A stretch of 32,000 bases of DNA from Thermodesulfobacteriota bacterium. Lineage in GTDB: Bacteria > Desulfobacterota > WTBG01 > JAGOGO01. Position numbers and translations under genes: made by a program. The DNA lies in NCBI GenBank assembly GCA_026625185.1, contig CP113000.1:3192651-3224650 (forward strand). Direction: 5' to 3'. Positions 14,867 to 25,800 of the stretch are shown here, one piece after another (position 1 is the stretch's first letter; each line of letters starts with the position of its first letter). The notes under the pieces were generated by a model. It did no database searches. It saw only the letters and a program-made list of their open reading frames with translations, and was not told the origin of the DNA.

Positions 14867-16474
14867 ATGTGGAGTTGTCGTACGATCCGAAATAGGTTTT
14901 TTTGCCACGGCATTTTTGGGAAGATAAAAATTTGCGCTATGGCCAGCCTTTGGTCATCCCTTCTTGTCCTGGCTCTATCCAATGCTGCTTTCGCGCAACC
15001 GAACTTTTCCTATGACCAGGTGGTAGCCAAAGCGCAGCAATTGGTGCAAAAGCCGTATGACCCTAAGGCCGGACTAGTTCCGGATTTTTTATTAAACATT
15101 AAATACGATGCCTGGCGGGATATCCGCTTTAAGCCGGCAAAGTCTTTATGGCAGAACGAACATCTGATGTACACAGCTCAATTCTTTCATCCCGGCCTGT
15201 ATTTTCCCCGGGCAATAACCATTAATGTGGTGGATGCTTCGGGTGTCAAACCAGTCCCCTTTTCCACTGATTTATTTGAGTATGAAAAGTCGGCTGCTCC
15301 GCTTAAGAAAAAAGTGCCGTCCCAGCTGGGCTTCGCGGGTTTTCGTCTCCATTACCCCCTCAACACCCCCACGTATTTTGATGAAGTCATCGTTTTTCTC
15401 GGGGCCAGTTATTTTCGGGCGGTGGCGCAAAACAGCAATTACGGTCTTTCGGCCCGGGGAATTTCGATTAACTCGGTTTCTCCGTTTCCCGAGGAATTTC
15501 CCCATTTCAAAGAATACTGGTTGGTCAGACCCCTGCCGGGTGCCAAACAGATCACCATCTACGCCCTGCTCGATGGTGAAAGCGTTACCGGCGCGTATCA
15601 GTTTATTGTTCAGCCGGGAAAAGAAACCCTGGTTGAGGTTAAAAGCACTATCTTTTTGCGGAAAAAGGTAGATCGGTTAGGAATCGCGCCCATGACCAGT
15701 ATGTTTTTTTACGGTGAAAACACCAACACGCGTCCGGTAAATGACTTTCGGCCGGAAATTCACGACTCCGACGGTTTGCAGATTGCTCTTGGTTCAGGCG
15801 AATGGCTCTGGCGGCCACTGAAAAATCCCGGCGTAATTACCAATAACTGGTTTTTCACCACCAACCCCGTTGGTTTCGGCCTCATTCAGCGGGACTGTGA
15901 TTTTGATCACTATCAGGACCTGGAAGCACGTTATGAGAAACGGCCCAGTTTGTGGGTCGCTCCTAAAGGCAAGTGGGGAGAAGGCTGGGTGGTGCTTCTG
16001 CAAATTCCTTCGCATCTTGAATTTGATGATAATATGAATGCCCTGTGGGTTCCGGCTCACCCCCCGGAGGCAAAGCAACCTTTGTCATTTGACTATACCA
16101 TGAGCTGGCATTACCCTGATAAAACGCGTCCACCTGCCGGCCAGGTTGTCGCCACTCGAACGGCAGATGGCAAAACCAAAAATGCCCAGAAATTCGTCGT
16201 TGATTTTGCCGGAGGCGAATTAGAATCAATTCCAACGGATAAACCGCCTACCGCTATTGTCTCCGTTGATCCCCGCGCCAAGTTGGTAGAACAACAACTG
16301 GAGAAAAATATCATTACGAACGGATGGCGGCTGGTATTTGAGATAAGCGTGGACAAGGAAGTGTTTTTGCAAAAAGTGCTTCAGGGATCTGATCCGGCGA
16401 TTGAACTTCGGGCGTTCCTCAAAGACGGTGAGAAAGTATTAACGGAGACTTGGGGTTACGCTCTTCAGCCATAA
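14867..16474 (+). CDS. Periplasmic glucan biosynthesis protein, OpgG/OpgD (MdoG/MdoD) family
   Basis: GFRLHYPLN, GASYFRAV, YGLSARGISIN, EEFPHFKEYWL, YALLDGESVTGAYQF and IHDSDGL are colinear with the MdoG family. I moved the start to the ATG at 14867 (AAGGAGG 7 nt upstream). The signal peptide ends in AAFA-Q. Confidence 0.9.
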   Translation: MWSCRTIRNRFFCHGIFGKIKICAMASLWSSLLVLALSNAAFAQPNFSYDQVVAKAQQLVQKPYDPKAGLVPDFLLNIKYDAWRDIRFKPAKSLWQNEHLMYTAQFFHPGLYFPRAITINVVDASGVKPVPFSTDLFEYEKSAAPLKKKVPSQLGFAGFRLHYPLNTPTYFDEVIVFLGASYFRAVAQNSNYGLSARGISINSVSPFPEEFPHFKEYWLVRPLPGAKQITIYALLDGESVTGAYQFIVQPGKETLVEVKSTIFLRKKVDRLGIAPMTSMFFYGENTNTRPVNDFRPEIHDSDGLQIALGSGEWLWRPLKNPGVITNNWFFTTNPVGFGLIQRDCDFDHYQDLEARYEKRPSLWVAPKGKWGEGWVVLLQIPSHLEFDDNMNALWVPAHPPEAKQPLSFDYTMSWHYPDKTRPPAGQVVATRTADGKTKNAQKFVVDFAGGELESIPTDKPPTAIVSVDPRAKLVEQQLEKNIITNGWRLVFEISVDKEVFLQKVLQGSDPAIELRAFLKDGEKVLTETWGYALQP

Positions 16475-16508
16475 TGGCAGTTTTACTTGACCCCATCTCT
16501 CTTCCCTC

Positions 16509-16673
16509 AGAGACTGTGTCGTAAGTCATTTTTATGTCATTTCGAAACGAAGCGAGTGAGCATCAGTTCATTATCCCTCGCGAAGCGAGAAATCTTGGTT
16601 TCAATAAATTCAACACGTTAAGATTCCTTACATACGTTCTGAATGGCATTTCCCTAATTGCGACACAGTCTCT
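16509..16673. repeat. 165-bp element bounded by perfect 13-bp inverted repeats (MITE/REP-like)
   Basis: AGAGACTGTGTCG at 16509-16521 and its exact reverse complement CGACACAGTCTCT at 16661-16673. The interior holds CGAAGCGAG direct repeats and GTCATTTCGAA / GATTCCTTAC...GAATGGCATT motifs. It lies between convergent gene ends. Confidence 0.6.
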
Positions 16674-18523
16674 TAACGTAGCGGATACACCATCTTCGAA
16701 TAAGATGAGGCCTCAGGTCTGAAAAGATTTTTGCCCCAACGCAAAGTCACTTTAATCGGTATGTTTTTTACCGACAGATCGTAATCCTTACTCTCCAGCA
16801 TTATCTGACTTTTGGGAGGATACTTGATTCCATTAATCGTGACCGCATCCCCCGCCTCGATAGTATAAACCCCCGGAATAAGCACCTCAAACCGGGTGGC
16901 ATGTGCACTATCCTTGAACTCGAATTCCTTCCCGGCAACATAGAGGGATCCCCAGTGTTTGACATAATTTTGTTTTATAACCTCGGCATCCTCTTTCAAG
17001 GGCCTGTGTCCCGATTTGATTTTCTGACTATCCATGTTCTTCGGGTGGATACATGATCTGTTGCCTATCAGAAACACAGGATGGTGCTTTATGATCAACT
17101 CACGAAAAATTGGAGTGTTTCTTTTTATGTAGTCTTCCATCCCCCATGTGCTCATAAAAATTCCAACCTTCGGATAGGAGGATATCATGGAGAAGGCATC
17201 AATATAAGGTGTCGCCTCAGGAAATATCTGGTGTACCAGTTTTACCATCCTTCTTTGGGTTATCATTTCATCAGAATTGCGTTGCGCGTAAATTTTCATC
17301 ATTGAAAGAAAGACTGCTATTGAAAGAAAAAGTACTCCTATATTTTGCCATAAGAAGATAGATTTTGTTGCTTTGGTAAAAATTAGGATGTCATCAATAA
17401 GCATCCCGCAAAAAATGAATAAAGGAGGCATAATAAAAACATAATAGTATGGCCATGCGTTTCTATAGAAGATCACCGTCAAAAGCAGAAGAAGCACAGG
17501 GATTAACTGACAAAGCTTCAGGAACTTGTCGCTTTTTTTCAGTATTTTTTTAATCGCCGACATGAGACCACTAACCAGAGAAACCCAGATAATCAAATTG
17601 TCCATGACGGTTGCCTGAAAAACACTAAAACGCGGGAAAAACACATTTTCCAGAAACATTTTTGAAAATATATCACCCAGTCTGGGAAACGATATCGTTT
17701 TCAATGATCCTGCGGTATAGGAGGATCGAGACTGAGAAGCGGCATTATCCCTTGTTGTTTCTGCGGCAGATAACGAAAAAATATGATAACCGTAGAGCAA
17801 GGTAAGAGTTAATAATAATACCGCCCCAAAAACAGCAGCATGTTTGATTACTCCTTTTTTGGAGGAGGAAGACAGAACGTTGATAACATATATCAAAGCA
17901 ATGGGAAGTAGATATAGCAACGATTTTATCGTAACCATTATGGAACAGCCTGTCATTACCCCGGCGATGATGGCGCCTTTGTAGGAATGAGGCTTGCCCA
18001 AGATGAGATAAAGAGATGCCAGAAAAAGAAAGCTGCAAACCGGATCCATCCGGAAGCTGCTTCCATGAAGCATTATATTGGAAAAGGAGAAATAACAAAG
18101 TGCTGAGAATAAAGAACCCTCTTTGCTTAAATAGATGCCGCCGATTTTATAAACCAGGATGCCCGACCCCACACTAAGCAGACACATTAAACAGCGGGCA
18201 ACGATGATTTGATTGATCTCATTACAGAAGATTGATGGAAGCCATGAAAAGAAATGCACATGGAATGACTGCAGCGGATCTATATCCTCTCCGCGTAAAT
18301 AAGAATGCACAAGAGAAAGGTAATAAAACTCATCCCAATTGATATTTAAGCAGAAGATCAGATGGACTTTAAACAGGATTGCGACAACGATAAGCAACAA
18401 AATGCCATAACGGATAATTTTAGAATTTAAGCCTTGATCGCAATAAGTTATTATGGGGGTTAAAGATTCCCTACACATTTTCAACCTATCTTTATAAACT
18501 CTATCCCTTTCAACCTGAATCAC
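16673..18523 (-). CDS. Polytopic GT-C-type glycosyltransferase (family 39/83, ArnT/PMT-like) with a C-terminal soluble domain
   Basis: 616 aa with more than 10 hydrophobic helices. NINWDEFYYLS (DE motif) lies in the first extracytoplasmic loop, as in PMT_2/ArnT-type enzymes, and the last ~150 aa are soluble. The start is GTG at 18523 or ATG at 18478. Very low G+C (16/60 at 17341-17400). Confidence 0.6.
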   Translation of the reverse strand: MIQVERDRVYKDRLKMCRESLTPIITYCDQGLNSKIIRYGILLLIVVAILFKVHLIFCLNINWDEFYYLSLVHSYLRGEDIDPLQSFHVHFFSWLPSIFCNEINQIIVARCLMCLLSVGSGILVYKIGGIYLSKEGSLFSALCYFSFSNIMLHGSSFRMDPVCSFLFLASLYLILGKPHSYKGAIIAGVMTGCSIMVTIKSLLYLLPIALIYVINVLSSSSKKGVIKHAAVFGAVLLLTLTLLYGYHIFSLSAAETTRDNAASQSRSSYTAGSLKTISFPRLGDIFSKMFLENVFFPRFSVFQATVMDNLIIWVSLVSGLMSAIKKILKKSDKFLKLCQLIPVLLLLLTVIFYRNAWPYYYVFIMPPLFIFCGMLIDDILIFTKATKSIFLWQNIGVLFLSIAVFLSMMKIYAQRNSDEMITQRRMVKLVHQIFPEATPYIDAFSMISSYPKVGIFMSTWGMEDYIKRNTPIFRELIIKHHPVFLIGNRSCIHPKNMDSQKIKSGHRPLKEDAEVIKQNYVKHWGSLYVAGKEFEFKDSAHATRFEVLIPGVYTIEAGDAVTINGIKYPPKSQIMLESKDYDLSVKNIPIKVTLRWGKNLFRPEASSYSKMVYPLR

Positions 18524-18578
18524 AGCATCAAATTTGGCGATAGTGACGAAAATTTTTTTGGTTGAAACCGGGGTAAGG

Positions 18579-20351
18579 TCAATTAGCTTTTTTTTGATTC
18601 AATATTCGTTCCCTGTTTATTTTGTTAACAATCAATTTCACAATAGAATCATCCAAATCACCAGGGTTTAGTATCCGCGTTTTATCCCCGTCGAGCTTGA
18701 CCGAGATCTCCCTATTATTACAAAAAACACTAATAATATCCCTTTGATCTCCATGCCGATAAACGATATACTGGGCAGGAAGACGGGGGATGCAAAGTAA
18801 ATCCCCCGCCCATATGGAGGTACACTGTTCACCGGAAATAAGATTTTTTAAACTATTGCACAAGTCAACTTGTTGAAAGGGACGGTTTTCCACAACCCCA
18901 CCCTGGTCTCCATAAGAAATTATGAAAGGTATTCTTGCCAATGCCCTCGTTACTTCGGTTTGTTTCTTTTCTTCACGTTTCAAGGGGACCATTGCGTGAT
19001 GATCTCCCAGAATAATTAAAATCCCTTCTTTGAAGAATCCGATCTGCGATAGTTTTTTGTAAAACAGACCAAGTTGTTTATCTACATATCTAAAAGTTTC
19101 TGATTCTGAATATTTGTCATTTTCTGGATTTATATAAGGATTATGACTGCTTACTGTCTTTACAAATAGGATATAAGGTTTATCAGACTGATTTTTAACA
19201 ACTCTGTCAAAAACTCTATGGTATAAAGCTTCGTCCGGCGCGGCTTGAAAATGATATCGCTTCCAATTATTATAGTATTGGTATTCATGGCCTTCTATAT
19301 AATCAAAACCAATGCTTTTGGCCCAGTTTCCTGTGTCCGAAAAATTCAGATCAGCAGAAGTAATAAATTCAGTGGTATATCCATTCATTCGCCCTACCTG
19401 TGGAAGAGAATTGGGAACACCATAATAACCTCGAAAAAAATTGGATCCTTTGTTTCTTGTTTGTTTAAAAGGCCCATAGATAGGAAATTTACCTGTTAAT
19501 ATTGCTAACTCAGCGTCTTCAGTGATAAACCCATTTGAATAAAAATTTTTGAAACTTAAATTATTTTCGGCAATAGCATCCATGTTCGGAGTCCAATTGT
19601 TTATGCCTGAAAAAAAATTACTCTGGTATGAAGAAAGCGATTCCACCATCAAAATAATAATGTTCTTCCTTTGCGGTTTACGTTTAACACACGCCTCATT
19701 TTCTTTATACGATTTATTTGCCATAATGTTACGTTTGAATTTTTCGCTGTAAAAAGAATTCTGAGATTCTATTACCGAATTATATTCGGCAACATTTCTA
19801 TACATCCACGAAAGAGCATACCCCTTATCATCACGCAAACAAGACGAAACTGCCAGGATCGATAAAGTTAACAAAAATATACCGTGTGTTCTATGGGAAA
19901 GTGTATGTTTCTGAAAAAGAAAAAAAATTGTTAACCCCACGAACAATATAAGAATGAAGAGAATAAAATATAACGCTACACCTCCATAAACTATTTGTAT
20001 AAACGTCGGAACGTAAGAAATATATTTGAAGCAGTCAACAAGTGTTAAACGCGTGTTGAACGTTTCGAGAACAAGTATATCCAATACATAGATTACAAAT
20101 ATAATGATGGCGACTATACGTAGAAAAATATGAAGGAGCCTTGGTAGTTTTTTTATAAAGGAAATATAGAAAAGAAGCAGCATAACAAAATATATAAGGG
20201 AATCATGGACAAGTACCTGAATCCCCCCATACAATCTTTTGAACACATGGTCGAAGACACGGCCTTCTACATAAAGCGATCTGACTAAGAGCGGATAGAT
20301 AAACACTATCAGACAAATATACTTTACTGTTCTCAAACTAACAATTTTCAT
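18579..20351 (-). CDS. Membrane-anchored sulfatase-fold transferase (LtaS / phosphoglycerol transferase OpgB-MdoB family)
   Basis: 590 aa. Five or so N-terminal TM helices are followed by NIIILMVESLSSYQS, VSSHNPY and ILGDHH, the alkaline-phosphatase-superfamily motifs of LtaS/MdoB-type enzymes. GGGGA RBS. Low G+C (20/60 at 19981-20040). Confidence 0.75.
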   Translation of the reverse strand: MKIVSLRTVKYICLIVFIYPLLVRSLYVEGRVFDHVFKRLYGGIQVLVHDSLIYFVMLLLFYISFIKKLPRLLHIFLRIVAIIIFVIYVLDILVLETFNTRLTLVDCFKYISYVPTFIQIVYGGVALYFILFILILFVGLTIFFLFQKHTLSHRTHGIFLLTLSILAVSSCLRDDKGYALSWMYRNVAEYNSVIESQNSFYSEKFKRNIMANKSYKENEACVKRKPQRKNIIILMVESLSSYQSNFFSGINNWTPNMDAIAENNLSFKNFYSNGFITEDAELAILTGKFPIYGPFKQTRNKGSNFFRGYYGVPNSLPQVGRMNGYTTEFITSADLNFSDTGNWAKSIGFDYIEGHEYQYYNNWKRYHFQAAPDEALYHRVFDRVVKNQSDKPYILFVKTVSSHNPYINPENDKYSESETFRYVDKQLGLFYKKLSQIGFFKEGILIILGDHHAMVPLKREEKKQTEVTRALARIPFIISYGDQGGVVENRPFQQVDLCNSLKNLISGEQCTSIWAGDLLCIPRLPAQYIVYRHGDQRDIISVFCNNREISVKLDGDKTRILNPGDLDDSIVKLIVNKINRERILNQKKAN

Positions 20352-20558
20352 TCTTATCCCCTAAAGCTTGCAACCCCGCTTTAGTTTAATAAAGAAAACA
20401 TGTATTATATACATAAAAAAAATCCGGTAGAAATAGCATAAGGCGAGATTCCTCCGCTTAAAAATTAGTTATAAAAATAGCATGTTGGGGGAATTTGTCA
20501 AGTGTTTTTATTTGCTTGGAAAGAAGGATGAATTTGTTTTTTTATGGGATAGCCAGAA

Positions 20559-20589
20559 CATTCCTAGATTCCGGATCGAGTCAGGAATG
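20559..20589. repeat. REP-like hairpin CATTCCT-N17-AGGAATG
   Basis: A 7-bp perfect inverted repeat (20559-20565 / 20583-20589), ~140 nt downstream of the typA stop. The AGATTCCGG...CAGGAATGAC motif is of the type seen as dispersed repeats in many environmental genomes. Confidence 0.4.
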
Positions 20590-20726
20590 ACAAACCGTCA
20601 GAATAAAAACCGCGTCAGATTTCGCCAAAAAGGGCCTTAGTCTCTTTAAGAAGTCGCAGGGTCAAAAAGTCGAATGGTAAATTACAACACAGTTGGGGCG
20701 GGGAGAGGGAAAAATGTCATCCACGC

Positions 20727-22529
20727 TCAAGGCTTGTTCCCGTTTTTTCTTCCGGGGGCTTTGCGCAGGCGTATTGCCTGCGGTGTTATCTCAACCAGCT
20801 CGTCATCATTGATATATGACATGCACTGTTCCAGGCTCATTTCAACGGGGTTGTTGAGCACCACATTCGCATCCGAGCCGGCCGCGCGCATGTTAGTCTG
20901 TTTTTTACCTTTGGCCGGATTCACCACCAGGTCGTTTTCATGGCAGTGCTCTCCCACGATCTGACCGGCATAGACGTTGAGACCGGGGCCACAGAAAAGC
21001 TTCCCGCGGTCCTGCAGGTTGAAAAGAGCGTAGGCAACGGTAGTGCAGGTGTTTTTTACCACCAGGACGCCGTTCTTGCGGTTTTTAAGATCCCCGGCAT
21101 GCGCCCCGTACTCGCTGAACACATAGTTCATGATCCCCATGCCTTTGGTAATGTTCATGAACTCCGGCCGAAAACCCAAAAGTCCCCGGGTCGGGATTTT
21201 GTAAATCAAGCGCGCCATACCGTTGCCGTTTGCCGGGTGCAATTCGCAGAGGTGCCCTTTGCGGCTGCCAAGCTGTTCAATCACTGAGCCCATTTGCTGT
21301 TCCTCGACATCCACGGTAAGCTCCTCGTAGGGCTCCAGGAACTTTTCCCCCTCCCGCTGCATGATAACCACCGGCCGGGTCACCTGAAACTCATATCCTT
21401 CGCGCCGCATCCGCTCGATAAGAATCGACAGGTGAAGCTCGCCTCTGCCGGATACTTTGTAACCGGGCCGTCCCGCAAGCTCTTCAACCACCAGCGCCAC
21501 ATCGGAAAGAATCTCACGCTGCAAACGATCTCCAAGATGGCGGGAGGTGACATATTTACCTTCTTTCCCGGAAAACGGCGAATCGTTCGCAATGAAGTTC
21601 ATAGAAATCGTGGGGGGATCGATTTCAACCGGCGGCAGAGGGATCGGATTTTCCGGATCAGTAAAGGTTACCCCGACGGTAATGACATCCACTCCCGCAA
21701 CCGCAACAATTTGGCCGACTCCGGCCACGTCAACCGAAACCTTATGGTTTCCTTCAAAGCAATAGATCTTGCTGATCCGCGCAGGAATCAACGATCCGTC
21801 CCGCTGCGCTACGACAATGTCTTTATTGATGCTGAGTGTTCCGGAGGTGATTTTCCCGATTCCCAGTCTCCCCAAATAGGGGGAATAATCAATCGAGCTG
21901 ACCAGCATTTGCAGGGGCTCATCCAAACTTCCTTTGGGTTGAGGTATATGGGTGACTATCTTCTGACAAAGCGGCTCCATGGAGGAGGGGTGATCGTCAA
22001 AATTATCCAGAGCATAGCCGTCACGCGCGGACGCGTAGATCACCGGAAAATCCAAAATATCCTCAGGCGCGTTCAGTTTGACAAAAAGATCAAACACCTG
22101 ATTGACCGCCCACTCCGGTCTGGCCGCGGGCTTATCGATCTTGTTAATGACAACGATGATGGGCAGATGAAAAGCCAGCGCTTTTTTCAGCACAAAATAG
22201 GTCTGAGGCATGGGACCTTCCTGCGCGTCAACCAGCAGCAGAGCGCCGTCTGCCATCTTCAGCACCCGTTCAACCTGCCCGCCGAAATCCGCGTGCCCGG
22301 GTGTATCGATAATGTTGATCAGAAATTCCCGGTAGTGAAATGAGCCGTTCTTGGACGCGATGGTAATTCCCCGCTCCCGTTCGAGATCAATGCTGTCCAT
22401 AAGCCTTTCGGCGACGGTCTGGTTTTCGTGAAACATGCCACTGTGCCTGAACAGCTGGTCAACCAGGGTTGTTTTGCCGTGGTCAACGTGGGCGATAATA
22501 GCAACATTTCTTATTGTGTTTTGATCCAT
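20727..22529 (-). CDS. typA: Translational GTPase TypA/BipA
   Basis: 600 aa. [19 protein letters not shown] (G1), DTPGHADF (G3), NKID (G4) and a full-length BipA layout. Confidence 0.95.
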   Translation of the reverse strand: MDQNTIRNVAIIAHVDHGKTTLVDQLFRHSGMFHENQTVAERLMDSIDLERERGITIASKNGSFHYREFLINIIDTPGHADFGGQVERVLKMADGALLLVDAQEGPMPQTYFVLKKALAFHLPIIVVINKIDKPAARPEWAVNQVFDLFVKLNAPEDILDFPVIYASARDGYALDNFDDHPSSMEPLCQKIVTHIPQPKGSLDEPLQMLVSSIDYSPYLGRLGIGKITSGTLSINKDIVVAQRDGSLIPARISKIYCFEGNHKVSVDVAGVGQIVAVAGVDVITVGVTFTDPENPIPLPPVEIDPPTISMNFIANDSPFSGKEGKYVTSRHLGDRLQREILSDVALVVEELAGRPGYKVSGRGELHLSILIERMRREGYEFQVTRPVVIMQREGEKFLEPYEELTVDVEEQQMGSVIEQLGSRKGHLCELHPANGNGMARLIYKIPTRGLLGFRPEFMNITKGMGIMNYVFSEYGAHAGDLKNRKNGVLVVKNTCTTVAYALFNLQDRGKLFCGPGLNVYAGQIVGEHCHENDLVVNPAKGKKQTNMRAAGSDANVVLNNPVEMSLEQCMSYINDDELVEITPQAIRLRKAPGRKNGNKP

Positions 22530-22868
22530 ATTTTATTCTTTGAGAAATAATGTTCCCCGTGATAAAAACGGGGATACCATCTGGTTAATAGTATGGTGTT
22601 GATTACCTTTATCTTGCCCAGCATGTCATTACCAATATGCAGTTATCCCTTTACCAGGTTTCAACAACCATGCACGATCGCTTCACCTTCGTTTGTTACA
22701 TAATGCGATGGAAAACTCCCTTGAATCGCTTGATTCGTGAAGTGCTACCCGAGCGAGGAGAAAAACATTATGACCGATACGAATGCCGGCAGGATTAAGT
22801 AATTAACCCCTTTTGCAGGAAAAAAGCAAGGAAAATCTTTCAAAAACCCTCGGACAATGAATATCTTT

Positions 22869-25800
22869 TTATATCACTTGGTTATAAGTGCCTTGCTCAT
22901 ACGTTTTTCCTCGATACACTACCCGCTTCAGCCGCAAGGAACCTTTGGGTGCAAAAGCGTTTTCCGCTAATATCAGATTCCCGTACTCCATCTTTAAGCC
23001 CAGCATGATATAGGCAGTATAAAGCATGCGGCCGGCAGCACCGGTGTACCAGCTCCAGCCACCGCGGCCCTCATAGCCCGGGCCAAAGTAGATATCCGCT
23101 GCCTGCTGGTGGGGAGAAAGACCATAGGAACTGTTATTCATGTGCGTAAGGGGTGAGATTTTAAGCCACACCTCAACCGCTTTTATCCGGTACTTGTTCG
23201 CCCGGTTACCATCGTTTTTTCCCTCAGCAAGATCAGCAAGACGCAGCAAGGCGTCCACCATCCATGATGAGCCGTGGGAGTACTGGCCGCCGTTTTCCCG
23301 CACTCCCGGGGGGTAGTCAGCGATCCTTCCCGGGTACGGATCCGAATCGTCGTTAAAAGGCGGGGAACAGAGCAAAATCAAGTTGTCCTTTTCCAGCTCC
23401 TCCAAGCCGGTTGCCATTGCCGTTGCCCCTTTTTCAAAATCCGCCGCATTAGAAATAATTGGCCATGAGGCAGTAAGAGCATCGGCCACATCAAGCTCCC
23501 GGCCATCATCAGTGATCGCGCGTATATAGTGATTACCACGCCACATCCGGTCAAGGGCCTGTTTCAGACCTTGAGCCTTTTTAAAAAAATATTGCTTGGT
23601 AAATTTACCTTTTTTTACTTTCACCAATTCGGCAAACCGGCAAAGAACCTCATAAAGAAAAAACCCAAGCCAGACGCTTTCACCTTTACCGCGGGGGCCC
23701 ACTTGATTTAGCCCGTCATTCCAGTCGCCCGTGCCGATAAGCGGAAGCCCGTGAGCCCCTTGTTTGCGGAGGGAAAATTGAATCGCTTTCAGGCAATGCT
23801 CGTAGAGGGAAGCAAACCCCCGTGAACTGCGCTGGGCGAAAAGAATTTCATTAGCGCCTTTCGGAATCGGGCGTGGCTCAAGAAACGGCACCTTTTCATC
23901 AAGGATGCCGTGGTCGCCCGTTGCCTGCACATAATGGGAGACCAAGTAGGGCAGCCAGAGGTGGTGATCAGAGGCGCGGCCCCGAAGCCCAAGCCCGGTT
24001 TTCCCTTCCCAGGACTGATGCCACCATTGTAAGACATCTCCCTCAGCAAACTGCTGGCTCGCATGGAGCAGTATCTGGCTGCGGCAGATTTCCGGATCAA
24101 GAAAAACAAGAGGCAGAACGTCCTGAAGCTGGTCACGGAACCCATAGGCGCCGCTCCGCTGGCATAGCCCGGTTCTTCCCCACAAGTGGGAAACATAAAC
24201 CTGGTAGGGCAGCCAGTCGTTTACCATACGGTCAAAGGCCGGCTCATTGGTCTCGATTCTCATCGTGGAAAGCTTGTCCGACCACCAGCGTTTGGTCTTT
24301 TCCCAAGCCTCCTGTGCTGCCGGAACCTCGCGCAGGGTTCTGATGATTGTGCCGGCAGTCTCAAAATCATCGGCCTGGCCGGCCACGATAGCGATGGTTT
24401 CTTCCCCGCCGGGCGGGATGGTTATGGTGGAGGCAAAACCGGCGATGCGGTAACCGCCATCGGACTGACATGAATCAGGAGTCCCGTGTTCCACCATGTA
24501 TGGCCAAGAAATTCTCCGGTCCGGTCCGCCAATAAATCTTTTTCTGAGGGTCTCAACAGCTTCCACCGGAATGCTGGTGGCGATAAAGGCCCACCCTTTG
24601 TGAAAATCATTGTTCGGGTTCGTGAAAAAGAATGCTTGTCGAGCATCGTCGAAACGGGCGATTATTTTCCCTTCGGTATCAAATGCCTCCTCGCCAAGCA
24701 TCATCTGAAAATAGGGCACGACCCGGTACGAAATCATCTCGTTCCCCCGGTTGCGGATCGTCAGCAGACGGACCTCAGCCGGTTGGTCAGGAAGCACCGC
24801 AAGGGTATATTCCATATCCACACTTTCCCGTACTTTTTTGTAGATTACATAGCCCTTGCCAAAAGTTATCCGATATAGAGCATCTTTCTGCCGTAAAGGA
24901 GCATAGGTGGGTGTTTCCGCCTTCCCCGTGGCCTGGTTAAACAAGTAGAGCACCTGGCTTGGCGTCTGCACCAAGGTCGAGCCGAAATTAAACGGCGTAA
25001 GACCGTTTTGCTGGGCGTTTCCCATGAAGGAATAAATGTCGCCGTCATTGGCCGCGATCGCTCCATAACCTTTTTCATTAGCCATGATGTGAGCCCACGG
25101 CCGGGGAGTTTTCCATCCCATATAAAGCTCGGTTCCTTCTTCGGAAAAAGAAAACACTCCACTGTCAGGAGAAACTGCTTTGTCCTGGTGGGGTTGGCGT
25201 AGGGCATCATGGTTCCCCGACGATTCATGGTTCAGCAACCGCCGCATCTTGGCAAACGAGGCCTCGAATGTGTGCCCGTTCGGGTTGGGAATTCCCAGAT
25301 AACGCGTAATCAACTGAGCAGCCTGATGCTCATCTTCGGCGTACCCGTCCACAAACTCCACCTTTGTGCCCCCGTGAGGCGGAAGCTTGATGAGAAGCCG
25401 CAGACAGGCAGCAGGAGAAAAGCTGTAGAGCAAACCTTCGTCTTCTGGGTCTCGCAGGTTCTTACGCAATCCTTCGGGCATACGGAGGGTCGCCTGCCCG
25501 AGGAAGTAAGGTCGGAAGTCTTCATAGCCGATCAGGGTTACGGTCCCGTCGGCATTTTCTTTGACCGCGTGGAAGGCCGTCTCCCGCGACCGTTTTCTCC
25601 TCAAGGAATCGCGGGGTATGTCTTTAAGCAAGTTATTGCGGGCAAAAATGGCATTCAGGGGCCGCACAAACCAGGTAGCCACATGAAGGTTGTTAAAAAT
25701 CGGATGCCGCCAGAATGCGCCGTGAACGTTCATGACCAGCTCGCGGTAGCTGGTGAGTTCAATCGTCCGGGGTTTGTTTTCAAGATTCTGCAAACGCACC

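Noticed and set aside
16534-16722. 62-aa ORF inside the inverted-repeat element
   Set aside because: It is a translation of repeat DNA (SFRNEASE / EARNL type peptide strings) with no RBS, and it overlaps the 3' end of the GT-C gene.
21294-22343. 349-aa plus-strand ORF, plus 20940-21287 and 20674-20964
   Set aside because: They lie entirely antisense to the strongly conserved typA gene. The sequence is Arg/Gly/His-rich and low-complexity with no motifs, so this is a shadow ORF.
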